From the NCBI RefSeq assembly GCF_009914755.1, contig NC_060930.1: a stretch of 64,000 bases of DNA. One strand, written 5' to 3'. Under the pieces are notes generated by a model. That model ran no database searches. It worked only from the letters and a program-made list of their open reading frames with translations, and was not told the origin of the DNA. Every line of letters starts with the position of its first letter. Position 1 is the stretch's first letter. The stretch is from the human T2T-CHM13v2.0 reference genome, Homo sapiens. The translations under genes and the position numbers were made by a program. This document shows positions 14,440 to 27,659 of this stretch, piece by piece.

Positions 14440-17400
14440 TAGGCCATTTTACTAATCCAAAAAGGGAAAGGAGAGCTGTCCTGTGATTAACTGGACGTGC
14501 TTTATTTTATGAAAAAGGCAGTGAGCCTTAAAAAAAAAAATTGCAGTATAAATGAATATCAACATTTACATAAGATAAATATCTTAAATATTAATCAAAA
14601 TTTAGGGAAATCAACATGTAAATAGATGTGTTACCTCAATTAAGGTTTTGTCATTTCATCTAATAGAATCTTATTGTGCCTCACTGACGTGTACAAACTA
14701 GGTTCCTAGGTAACTCATAATTCTTATCAGATGAAGATAATTGCCTCTTACACTTTTTAAAGAGAAAACTCATGCCCAGCAACTGATGGCTAGGATTTAC
14801 AAAAGTTAACATATGACTTCTTTTTATAATGTCTCCTTAAGACCAAGGCAGTCAGCCTTCAAGTACTATAGACAGATCCTAAAAAAATAAACTCTTAAGA
14901 CTAGTTCCAGGAAAAAAAAAAAACATCCTTCCAGAAAATGCAGAAAGGAAACTGGGTCGATCAACTTGGCCTAACCAGTCATAGGGAAAGTAAGCTAGGA
15001 TGATTTCCCTGTGGGAGCTCAGGGTTAGCAGTGTCTTTCATGTTTTCATCACAGTTACACATGTTATAATGGGTAAAACACCTATTGTCCTCATGAATGT
15101 GACTTGGCAGGCATCGCTGTCACCCACATTGGCAAAACACCTTCAATTTGCAGGGCACACTCATAACCACATTTAGTCATTTATGGTATCTAAATGAAAG
15201 GCTTGATTCATGCCCCTTGAACTATTATGGTTCGGTATGACTCACCTGCATCTACCTGTGTTTCCACAACACTATGAAGAAAATCTCTGTGAGAGTTCTT
15301 CCTGTCAAGGTAATTATTTCCCTCCCTTTCCACAAAACCTTCTTCGGCTCAGTATCCCCTTGGTTCCCAGGAAGTTAGCCCTGCTACTCTTTCCCACTCA
15401 CATGGAATGATAAGGACAAAGAAAAAAAATAATGCTCGCAATTATTTTGTTATTCATTCCTTCCTTTCCATTTCCCTCACCATAACCCTTGTCTAATTCA
15501 ACATCGCCTCTTGGATTATGGAAATATTTTACTGCCTGTTCTCTTTAACATTAACAATTTATATTTACTGATCACATAAAAGGAGGCAGGCACTGTTGCT
15601 ACAAGCTTTACATGCATTTATCTCAGACTCTCCCCCTTGCTCACACCACCACCACTAGATTTATCATCTCCCCACATACACATAAATAAGGGGTATTTTG
15701 CTTATGGAGTAAAACCTCTATTAACCTGGAAATTCAGGCCTTCCACCATCTGGACACAAGCCACTTCTTCAACTTTATCCTCCCTATATCAGCCCTCTGT
15801 TCTAGCTAAATTCACACTGCTATCACTACTTATACTGGCAATACTAAAACTTGACTGCTCAGAATTCCTACAGTATTCAGTGACTACTCCTCTGTTTTGA
15901 TATGTAGCATACAAAAGCTAGCGATGCATTTTAAATTCTTGTTTAGATTATTCTTTGTTTACACTTGAAGCTACAGACCTCCCCAGCATAAGGACAGAGT
16001 CTGATAACTTCACATATCTGTGGCATGAAGCACTGGCCACATGCCCTGTGGAGCTGTTAAATAAATACTTGTTGATGAAACATTAATACATTGTACTTCA
16101 ATTTGGGCATTTTATATAGTCTTCTGGTTTATACTGAACATTGAACTTTAGATAATGCCTGTGTTTTTGTGTAATCTTTTATTTGAGCTTGCCACATAGC
16201 TTGCAGTATAAAGTGTTTATGGGAGAAGGCTTATCTGCTATGGACCAGTTGCAACACAGTTTCTAATGTTAATTGGCCTTAGACCACAGATTTCAATCTG
16301 ACCTCTCTCTTTTCCCCCAAAGAGAACACTTTCATGTGAATGTAAAGATCAAAAATGAAATTGATTTTTCTGTCCTTTAAAACACAAGCATATCAGGGCT
16401 GTACACATGTAAAAAATTTGTGATAAAGTGACAATGTCAAATTAAGTATCAGAGGTAGGACTTGCAGTCACATAGAAATCCTTTGCTTGGGTCATTTGAT
16501 AAAGCTTTTTTGTTGCTGTTATTCACCTTTATAGTCATCATAAATGAGAAATTTTGAAGGAATTTCTTTAGAGGGGAAGTCAGGTGAACTCATTTGTGCT
16601 TTCTTCACTGGGGGAGGTGACTATTTATAAAAGAATCTTGTTATAGTCTGAATCCACTTCCCTGAGTCTGGTAATCAAAAGTATGCAATTCCTCACAAGA
16701 AGTTTACAAAGAATACAACAAAGTTCATATAAATATTCAATCTCAGGGCACTTTTTTTGTTTCAAAACTATCCTCTATTTGGGGAAGAGGAAAAGACAGC
16801 TAATATTGATTTCTCTTTTAAAATAAAAAACAAAATGTGTGCCTATATAATGACATTTCCAATCATCAAGCCTGAAATAAAAATGTAAATTTTAATGCAT
16901 CTGCTTTGATTTTGTACAACATTTGTGATAATGTTTGTCCCAGAAACTAGAAGAATATGGATGGGTTAGAGTTGAAAGCTTTAATCATTAATTTCTATCT
17001 TTGTCACATCCAAAGAAAGTAAATGCACTTGATCTTATGATGCCTAGGAAAATGCCTTATTTTATAAAATACCACAAATGTTCATTCCTATTCTCTATAC
17101 GAATAAGCTTTGGGGCAGTACTATACTTCTTACATGGGACACTATATGGTTATACAGGACACTAATTTCAGAAATGACAGTCCCAAAGACCAAAGACCAA
17201 ACTCAAGTCCCAACTCAAATACCAAATTTGAGTTTAGTCAGCTAGTAGTCATTGTGTGTAAACCATTCAAGAAGGGTCAATAATGTCAAGTGCAGCCTGC
17301 TCTGTATTCCCTGGATCCAGGTTTCTCTTGCAAAAAGTAAAAAAGAGGGAGCATCTTTCTTCCCTTTTCCTATACTAGAGGTGATATTCAAAATATTTTA

Positions 17401-18552
17401 TGACTGCTATAGCACACACACACACCATCAGAAAAGACACCAGCAAAACTAGAGGCTTATGTCTAAGCTTCAGCCCTGGGGCTTATCATTTTAACACTCA
17501 GTGATGCACTATGATGTCACTGAGCTTCATTAAATCTCTTATCTCAAATAAAATATTGTAAACATCTTGAAGGTATCTTAACTTCATTACCTACAAGGTA
17601 CTAATCATATCATTTTCTATGTGCTGAAATACATTAGAAACATTAATTTTATACTAACAATATGGAGAAAAGATAAAGCAAAAGAAGGGTATATAACTTT
17701 TCCTTTGAAAATCTTAGAGTATCAAGGGAGAGATAAAAGACCACTTTAAGTAACAAATCAAAAAAGAAAGTGATGAAACAGGAATTTAAAAATCATTTAA
17801 TCATCAACAGTGTGTAGTAGGAAATTAACCATAGGCTATAAGGAGGATGGAAGTGTTCTTTTAAAAAAATATACTTTGAAAGGATTTGAAAGAGATACAG
17901 AAATCTAAAAAAATGAAAGACAAGGGTATGTGCACAAGTGAAGAAACCAAAAAGGTATTTGTGAGCAGATTGGTTTAATGAACAGCAGTGGTCAGGGAAA
18001 AAAAAAAAACCCAAGAAATATGGGCCTTTGATGTTTACAGATAATTCCATGTGGAAACTAACTCCATGGAAGAAGTAGATCTTTGGTAAATTTGAAAACT
18101 ACAAAGGAGAGTTTTAAGATACTCCATTTAATATTTAACACAAAAGGAGTTTTAAGCCCTGAGCTCACCAGCAATATGAGGGAAAAAATGTGACTTGTTC
18201 TTTAAAAATTGTTTCACAAACAAATATGAGATGGAGATGTGGAGGGTGAAAGCAAAGAGGAATTCTTCCATGACTAGAAACAAAAAAGAGACTTGGTCCA
18301 AACTTTAGAGGTGAAAAGAAATTTTCATAAGGATCTACAGGCAAAGGTGTTTTAATGAGTACATGCATTTTTTTCCGGGGAGATAATCCATTGTTTTATT
18401 AAATTCTCAGAAATGCCTGTGAAAGAAACTAACCAACTCTTTCAATAAGGCCAAGTGTTTCTTCTGTATTTACACGAGCTGGTGCCAAGGCCACAACCAC
18501 AACCTACCACCTTGAAAATCACTTATTCATTTTTTATTCAAAATTTACTTAT

Positions 18553-19715
18553 TGATATGGTTTGGCTCTGTGTCCCCACCCAAATCTCTCTCTAATTATA
18601 ATCCCCATGTGTTGGGGAAGGGACCTGGTGGGAGATGACTGGATCATGAGGGTGTTTCTTCCCATGCCGTTCTCATGGTAGTGAGTTCTCACAAGAGCTG
18701 ATGGTTTAAAAGTGGCAGTTTCTCTGAACTCTCTCTCTCCTGCCACCATGTAAGATGTGCCTTGCTTCCCCTTCCACCATGATTGTAAGTTTCCCGAGTC
18801 TTCCCCAGCCATCCAGAACTGTGAGACAATTAAACCTCTTTTCTTCATAAATTATCCAGTCTCAGGTAATATCTTTATAGCTGTGTGAGAACGGACTAAT
18901 ACAGAAAATTGATAGCAGTAGAGTGGGGCACTGCTATAAAGAAAAACTGAAAATGTGGAAGCAACTTTGGAACTAGGTAACAGGCAGATGTTGGACAGTT
19001 TGGAGGGCTCAGAAGAAGACAGGAATATGTAGGAAAGTTTGGAACTTCCTAGACACTTGTTGAACAGTTTTGATCAAAATGCTGATAGTAATATGGACAA
19101 TGAATTCCAGGCTCAGTTGGTCTCAGATAGAAATGAGGAAGTTATTGGGAACTGGAGTAAAGGTCACTCATGCTATGCTTTGGCAAAGAGACTGGTGGCA
19201 TTTTGTCCCTGCCCTAGTGATCTGTGGAATTGTGAACTTGACAGAGATGATTTAGGGTATCTAGCAGAAGAGATTTCTAAGCAGTGAAGCATCCAAGATG
19301 TGACCTGGCTGATTCTGAAAGCAGTCAGTCATATGCATTCACCAAGAGATTATCTGAAACTGGAACTTTTATTTATCAGGGAAGCAGAGCATAAAAGTTT
19401 GGAAAATTTGCAGCCTGATCATGTGGTAGAAAAGAAAAGCCCATTTTCTGGGGAGCAATTCAACCCAGTTGCAGAAATTTGCTTAAGTGACCAGGGGCCA
19501 AATGTTAATAGCCAAGACAATGAAGAAAATGTCTCCAAGGCATGCCAGAGATCTTCATGGCAGCCCCTCCCATCACAGGTCCAGAGGCCTAAAAGAGAAA
19601 AATGGTCTCATGGGCTGGGTACAGGGTCCTGCTGCTCTGTGCACCTTCTGGACTTGGTGCCCTATGTCTCAGCTGCTCCAGCTCCAGCTGTGGCTAAAGG
19701 AGGCCAAAGTACAGC
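18553..19715 (+). mobile_element. THE1D-like MaLR: 5' LTR (18553-18903) plus truncated internal region; no 3' LTR
   Basis: TGATATGGTTTGGCTCTGTGTCCCCACCCAAATC...GGACTAATACA, followed by MaLR internal sequence (source of the ORFs at 19039-19776). Confidence 0.88.
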
Positions 19716-19729
19716 AGAGCACAATCTCT

Positions 19730-19912
19730 ATAGTAGGTTGACTATAGTTAACATTAATCTACTGTTCCTTATTTGAATGTTCCTAGCATGAAGAAAAGAG
19801 AAATAGTTAAGGTAATGGATATTCCAATTCAGATTATATTAATGTATCAAATTATCACATGTACCCAGAGAATATGTACATCTTTTATGTACCAATAAAA
19901 AATAATTTTAAA
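19730..19912 (+). mobile_element. L1MA 3' end fragment
   Basis: GACTATAGTTAACA...ATCACATGTACCC...AATAAAAATAA. Confidence 0.65.
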
Positions 19913-19984
19913 AACTATACTGTCTAATCTTAATCCATACATGACACAGAGACACACACACATATATGTGAATGAGTGGATGGA

Positions 19985-20012
19985 TGTGTGTGTGTGTTTG
20001 TGTGTGTGTGTG
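19985..20012. repeat. (TG)n microsatellite; other simple repeats at 4720-4822 (TA/CA), 20150-20190 (TTTC), 50466-50510 (TA) and 63160-63186 (GGAT)
   Basis: Direct reading. Confidence 0.9.
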
Positions 20013-20635
20013 TAGCTGCAGATACCAACATGGATGTACAGATATGTACTAGTTTTACTGCTTTGGGGGGATTAAAATGAAGCAGGTGCCCCCAGGGAGT
20101 CAAGGTGTGAGACCTGGTCTGCTACAGGTCAGAACAAGCACACACGTTCTCTTTCTTTCTTCCTTCATTCTTTCTTTCTTTCTTTCTTTTTAATAATTTA
20201 GCCCTGTATACCCAGATACTCACTAAGCATTACTATCATGAATAATTACCAATAATAACACCAATGTTAATAACTAAAGATAGTTTAAAACCCATGTAAA
20301 TGCCACCCACTGGACTTTGAAATAGTAGAAACTGAACACATCCACAGAGCAGCTTGTTCTCAAAAAGAAAGCCTGAAACAGTGCCAGAAAACACATCTTT
20401 TGTTTTCAGTGTCAACAAACTATTTGTCAGGAAACAAAAGGAAGGCTCTGCCTGCACTGATGGACTTTTCTGAAATCTGAAAATTAGTTTACTGCTTGCT
20501 CCTGCTTAGAATTACAGAAAGAAGCAGTTGCACAAATACATTACAAGCTTACTCCTCAGAACTGTTGTGGAAAAAGGCAGACTGAGAGAAGAAAGAGCCC
20601 CCACCTCCCTACCTCCCAACACACACCCGTGTTAC

Positions 20636-21023
20636 TGTTAAATCAAGCAGAAAGCTGTCTCCTTACACGTTTTAAGTTCAGCCTAAAGGTTTCTCTGTAC
20701 ACAGTGAACTGCAACCTAAATGGATGTGCAAACAGACTGTAACCTACTCTTGTGCCAATCACCAAGTTTTGAGCAACCAAAGGTGGCCAACTGTTCAAAC
20801 CCTGTTCAAAATAAGGCAAACACCGAGCTGTAACCAATCCAGCTGTTTCTGTACCTCTTTTCAATTTTTCTACATCGCTTTTCTTTTTCTCTCCATAAGT
20901 CCCTTTCCACCAGCTGGACTCTGTCTGAGCACACTCTGGCTCAGGAGACTGCCTGATTTGCCAACAGTTCTTTGCCCAGTTAAACTCTGCTAAGTTTAAT
21001 TTGTCGAGGTTTTTCTTTTATCA
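20636..21023 (+). mobile_element. Solo ERV1 LTR, MER57 family
   Basis: TGTTAAAT...TTTTATCA termini, CCAAT boxes, approximate 4-bp TSD (T/C)TAC. Confidence 0.85.
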
Positions 21024-23439
21024 CTACCTAAGGATTAACCTTCTCTAGGGCCTCAGTTCTCAAACTCCAGTTTCTGAAGACTGTCCCAGGAAGTGTGTAC
21101 AAGGCAAATAGTCTAAGAAGGTCGGAGGTAGAGCTCAGGATGCTGTAGGTTCCCAAGTGCCACAGGCAATTCAGAGGCAGGTAACCAAGGTACTACAATT
21201 TGAAAAACACAGCTGTTTCTAGAAGAGGGGGACTTTCTCTTAACATCTTCTCCTAAATCCTGAGTCATCCTGCCATAGCCCACCTTGCACCTTTTTCTCT
21301 CCAGTCCACTCTGCCTCACACTGCCTCACACTGGACCCCACTTCTTTATTTTCAACCCTTACAAAACATTACAAATTCAATCCAAATGCTGTATAAAATT
21401 TGTGAAGAGCAAAGCTTTAAGTACAATACAGAGCAGAAAACAAGTTCAAACAGATACCAGAAATTTCTGTTCATTGAAATTTAATGTCCTTTCTGCTGAA
21501 GAGGGAATTTCCCAAAACTTTTTCCCTTATGTCTAGGGCCCCCTAATAGGTTGCTGAGGAACCACTCCTCTTCCTCCTTTCTCTGTGCCAGGGATTTTAC
21601 AACAAAATTCTCCATGTTTCTGTATGCAAAGCAGTTTGATTTCCTACCCAACCCTTACTCCAAACTAGATTCTGGGTCTCCCTCTGTATACCCCAGCACT
21701 TCTTAAATTGTTCTGCTCAATTAAGGCCCATCTATTCCATGTCTTTATTCTCAGCAGCACAAACAGCCAGAGCTTTGAAAACAGAATTTTCTTTAGCACA
21801 TCAAATCCTTAGGCAAAGCTCTTCTCACACCATTATCCATAGCAGATGGTAGCAACAGAATTATGCATCCTCTCGCTGTCCAGAACAAGCCTATACCCTG
21901 GGGTAAGGGTGAAAGGCAGAGTCCTTCCAGTTATATTTGTGTTTTAAATAATTCAGTTTATTAAAATTATAAGTGTCTTGAAGTAGACTAAAATGTTTGC
22001 TCTCTTACAAAGTGTTTTCATAAGAGGATATACTCTAATAATACACAATGGAAATATTATTTGTAAATAGCATGTAAACTATTTATATACAAATATGTGT
22101 TTTGAGAAACTGAAATATTCCCTGCCTCAATGACTGCCTTACTAGTAAGCATATTGCAATTAAATAAAATTTTATTCCAGAATTTTAGTGATACAAAGAC
22201 ATTTCCACCATGCTCTTTGCCTGGGATAATTTTTTTTTAATCATTGAAATACTCAGAGCATAATAAAATCTGACCTGTTCACTGTGACCCAGGAAAGGAT
22301 TTTAAAATCTTATAGATTTGAAGAGACCTGCTGTTGGAAAGAGGGCACAGTAAAGGAACATCCTAAAGCCTTAGAATTAGAGCTTCAAGTAAGCTTGAGG
22401 AGCATATTTCTCTGAAGGTGAATGATAATAGATTCATTGCACAAGCCAGCTCCCCTCTGACTTATCTCCAGTGCATTCTTTGGATGGCAAGGCAAGGGGC
22501 TTGTGGTAGGAAAGCCTTCCTCTACAGATCAAATGAGTCTGAGCACCTTGTTCCTTTCCTTCATAGCTCTTTCCTTAGCTTACTTTGTTTTTGGTATTAT
22601 TTGATTAATTCCTACTTCCCATTACACATGTAAGCTCAAGAGAGTGGAAACCTTATCTTTTACTTATCACTGAAATTCCAAGAGCCTAGCACAACACATG
22701 GTATTAAATAAACTTGCATTCATACTGTTGAATGAATAAACAGATGATTATTTGAGGATGTGAGTCTTCCACTTGAAAGTTAAAAAGCTGACCAAATAAT
22801 TTCAAAACGTAGGACAAGAATATAGAGAGAATATACTGAAGATTTGGTACAGAGAGCAAAAGAACAAGTCCACTTTTACCAGTAATGAATAACCTCATAG
22901 CCAATCAGATGATCACAATCCTATGACGACGATGACAATTATAACAATCATGTAAAGAATAACATTTGGATTCCACTTTATAATTGAGTGCCATCACCTA
23001 GAATATGGCACTTATTCTCAAGGCAACTCTTGGGGATAGTCAGAGCAAGTGCTTCAAAATCCCCACTTTGTGGAAAAGGGAACTAGAAATGAGAGAAATT
23101 GCATGATTTGTCATGCAGAAATAATAAGCAGAGCCAGTGTGTTGGCAGATGTGCAAAGCAGTTACATGTGACTTCACTAAAATTGTGCAGAATAGAAAGT
23201 GGGGAGTATGGACTTGTCCTCAAATAATAATACCACTCTACAGAGTGGGTCAGAAATAGCCAATAGTTATGACTTATTAAGACCCAAACTTCAGGTTCTA
23301 AAAATGTTCCTGTAGAATAACAGAATATCTGTTTATGAAGTTAAACATTAACTCCTATTTGTTATTTAGAGGTAGGCTTGGTTGCATAAGGATTAAAATT
23401 TGAAAACAGAAAGCAAAATGAGATTCAAATAAATATTTA

Positions 23440-23650
23440 TTTGCAATCCTAAATGTGCAGCTATTACCAATAATAAATTATGATCTTAAAGAAACTTTTC
23501 TAAACTATCAACAACAAAAAAATTGATCAAACATTTCAAAAGTAAAACCAAATTATGATTTATTCCATCTATAGAAAACAGTATTACAAAATCATTGTGA
23601 CATGAAGAGCCAAAGAGAATGAAGACAAAGACTACCATAAAAAAATTTAT
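23440..23650 (+). mobile_element. Degenerate hAT DNA-transposon fragment (transposase C-terminal dimerisation region)
   Basis: GAAACTTTTCTAAACTATCA...TCTATAGAAAACAGTATTACAAAATCATTG resembles decayed hAT 'FSKL...SIENxITKSL' coding sequence. Confidence 0.45.
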
Positions 23651-23689
23651 AAAAGACAGCTCATTAATATTTTATTATTCTCTAAATAA

Positions 23690-24028
<339 letters not shown>

Positions 24029-25214
24029 AATATTCCTTTTCTCAACAAATTCTGCAAACATCATTTTGTATCATTTTTCCTTAAGAGAGCTACCTCTCCA
24101 AATTACATATTCTATAGGCTCTCTAGATTCACCTGTGTTCAGAACTATTTTTGTAAACAGTAAATCGCAATGACAAGACACAATTTTTCCAACTCCTTGA
24201 GTTTCCATACATGTGCTTATAATAGGCATTTTTTAACTTTGCCTCATAAAACTTTTCAAATATATTCCAAAGTAGAGACAATAGTATAACCACTTTACCC
24301 AACATCCAGCTGCAACAATTATAATTTTTCTAATTGTATTTCTTGTGGTTTACTTTTGATATGAATACAGATTTCTAAACTGTGGTTGGTTTCTAAACCT
24401 CAGTTGGGAAATTGAAGTAAAAAAAAGGACTAATAAAAGTTCAGTGGTTTCATGTTTGCTTTGAAATGTAATATTTTTATGATCCATTAACTTTTAAAAT
24501 CAAGTTCTTTCTGTTCTTTAGAAACTAAAAAGATGAATTATAAATGTTTTAAATGCTGAGAAACATTTTAAAAATATATTGAAAAAATAAATATTTATGG
24601 AGGCCTATTATGCACTGAAAGAATAAAAAAAAAAAAGACCATGCTTGCTTACAAGTTTACATTACAGTTGGAAAAACACAAACGTAGACCAGTATAAAAA
24701 GAAAAGAAGGGTCACAAAATATAAGCTTCCTAAGCACGCCATACATCATTTTGATGTCAGATAATTGGAGAAATATATTTTAAGAGAAATGTATCATGAG
24801 GAAACGTTTCATAATTGACATATATGATCAATATGTCAAATGGTGCAGACAAAATTTCACCTATAATGGTTGATCATTCAAAGGTTATGAGTAAAAAGAG
24901 TGATACAGTATAATTGCCTGGAATACATAACTATACTTCCACCTTCAAATTACAGTGCTATTAGTAGGAGTTTGACTTGACAAGCAGAGAACAAGGATTT
25001 TCTGCCTTATGATTTCTTTATGCTGCCTGCAGTCTTCATGCCCATTGTATGTAATTAACTAAAATTAAATTTACAGCAAAGGTCATGTCACTTTAAAATC
25101 TCTTAATAACAAAAATAAGATGATTAAGAAATCTGCATAAATTTTCTTAGCATGCCCTAATGCAAATCTTTCTATTGCTTTTTCAAAGCCATATATTCCC
25201 TTTCAATCCATGTT

Positions 25215-27335
25215 TTGAAAAAAGAACAAATTAAACCTAGAAGACATAGAAGGAAAGAAATAGTAAAGACAACAGTAAAAAATGGTCAAAGGAAAACCAA
25301 ACCATGGGAAGAATGCACAAAGACAAAAATTGATATTTTTGGGAAGATTAATAAAAGTCATAAGGCTCTAACAAGATTGTTCAAGAAAAAAATCAAAAAT
25401 AATTTATCAATATCAGCAATTAAAGAGGAGACCATCACAGATTCTCACATATATTAAATTAATAAAAAAAATGTTAACAACCATAGGACAATAAATTTGA
25501 CAACTAAGATGAAATCGACAGGTTCCCCAATACATATAAAGTACCCAAAATAACACAAGAAGAAACAGAAAATATTAATAACCCTATATTTTTTAAAGAA
25601 ATTACATTCATAATTTAAAACCTTCGCACAGAGAAAACTCCATGCCCTCAGGGCTTCACAAGTGAATTCTACCAAAATTTAAGGAAGAAATAATGTCAGT
25701 TTTACACATAAACTCTTTCAGAAAATACAGAAATAAAAAATGTTTTCCAATTTGTTTTATGACACAAAGTTACCCTGATACCAAAATCATAGAGAATCAT
25801 CTTTTTCCAAGAAAAGGAAACTACAGATGAATATCTCTTATGAACACTGATTTGCAACCCCTTAAAATATACTGGTAAATCAAATTCATCAAAAATATAT
25901 CACAACCAAATGGGATTTATCCCATTTAGAAGGTTATTTGAAAATCAGTTGTAATTGACCATGTTGATGAATTGAAAAAGAAAAACTATATAATCAGCCG
26001 CTCAATAGATGCAGAAAAATCTTTTTGAAAAAGTCAACATCTATTCATGATTTAAAAACAAAAACACTTAGCAAAGTTGAAATAGAAGAAAACTTTCTCA
26101 TTCTGAAAAGGGGCAACAATATAAACCCTTCACCTAACATCATACTCAATGGTAAACTAAGAACAGACAAGAGCTACAAGCAGTTTTATATACACGGATG
26201 CAGACAAAGTCTGCAGTTAGATTCAGGCAACTTAATTATCTAATAAAACAAAAAAATAATAATTTTCAAAGAATGTGACAGAATCTAGAGTAGCTACAAC
26301 AATGTCCTATATCCAATCACAGAAATAGCAGCATAGCAAAGAAACTGAAGAGTAACCCATACTCAGGCAAAAAAGCAGTCAACAAAAACGAACTCCAAGT
26401 ATGTCCAGATGTTGAATTTTTAAATGGGCAGAAGACTTAAAGAGACACTTCACAAAAGGAAATATGAAGTTGGCTAATAAGCACAGGAAAATGTGCTCAA
26501 CATCATTAGTCATCAAGGAAATGCAAATTAAAACCAACGTGAGATGGCAATTCATAACAAATAGAATAGCTAACAAAAAAACTAACAATACCAAATATTG
26601 GCAAAGATGTGGAGCATCTCTCATATGTAAAGTCAAAATAGTACAAGGCCTTTGGAGAAATATTTGGCAATATCTTATAAAGTTAAACATACATTGACTC
26701 TATGATGCAGCAATTCCACTCTTGGGTATTTACTTAAGAAAAATGAAAGCATATGGCCACAAGTAGACTTGCACAAAAATGTTAATATGAGTTTTGTTTG
26801 TAATAGACAAAAATGGGAAGCAGCCAAAATGTTCATCAACAACAGAATGGAGAAACAAATTACAATATAGTCAACTGGTACTCAGAATCAAAAATCAGCA
26901 AACTAATGATACATACAACAATATGATTGAGCCTCAAAACCATTATGTCAAGCCAAAGAAGCAAGACACAGAAAAGTAGATATATGATTGCATTTATATG
27001 AAGTGCCAGCATAGGCAAAACTAAGCTATGGTGATGGAATTACAGGGGCAGGGAAAGGGAGAGTATCTGGAAAGGGATATGGAATTTCCTGAGGTAATAG
27101 AAATGTTCTACATTGGGAGCAGCGGTGGCTCAGACCTGTTGTCCTGGTGCATAAGGAGGCGAGGTTTAGGCGTTCGAAGCCAGCCTGGGCAACATACAAA
27201 CCTCTCATCTATATAACCAAGAAATGTTCTACATCATTATTGTTGTGTTATTTGATATACATTTATCAAATTCCATTGAAATGTAAGCTTAAAATCTGTT
27301 ATTTTACTGTGTGTAAACTGTACGTAAGAAAGAAT
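25215..27335 (+). mobile_element. Old L1 (L1MB/MC/MD-like) ORF2 fragments and 3'UTR
   Basis: ORF-track peptides such as MCSTSLVIKEMQIKT and KQPKCSSTTEW are L1 ORF2-like; hosts the ASR-like insert. Confidence 0.8.
27114..27219 (+). mobile_element. Short 7SL/Alu-monomer-derived SINE, ASR (Alu/snaR-related)-like
   Basis: 106-bp insert between perfect 15-bp TSDs AGAAATGTTCTACAT (27099-27113 / 27220-27234). A-box-like TGGCTCAGACC, B-box-like GTTCGAAGCC and FLAM-type CCAGCCTGGGCAACATA, with an internal deletion relative to FLAM-C. Confidence 0.75.
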
Positions 27336-27494
27336 AATTTTTCAAAGCTACATTTAATTTTATAGCCCTAACATTTTCTTAGTTACACTTGAAAATAACT
27401 AGTTGGCTTTTGAAAAAAAAATATTCCACTGAAAACTTTGATCACAGAAATCTTTTCATACAGTTTGTGTCTGCTGCTATAGAATCCTGAGAAC

Positions 27495-27496
<2 letters not shown>

Positions 27497-27537
<41 letters not shown>
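27497..27537. repeat. (AC)20 microsatellite
   Basis: Pure AC run. Confidence 0.97.
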
Positions 27538-27538
<1 letters not shown>

Positions 27539-27659
27539 TAGACTGACCCATGTGAATATAACTTTCCTGGCTCCTGCTTCCTTACCATCAAGGAGGGTAT
27601 GGAAATGACGTGAGTTACTTGGGGAGAATATCTGCTTTCCTGATAAGATACTTATGTTT

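Noticed and set aside
18630-18650. DUX4 site in the THE1D LTR
   Set aside because: The sequence here (TGACTGGATCA) departs from the TAAYBBAATCA consensus.
19039-19776. 82-aa and 158-aa ORFs as a novel gene
   Set aside because: They lie within THE1/MaLR internal sequence and are decayed retroelement frames without splice or other gene evidence.
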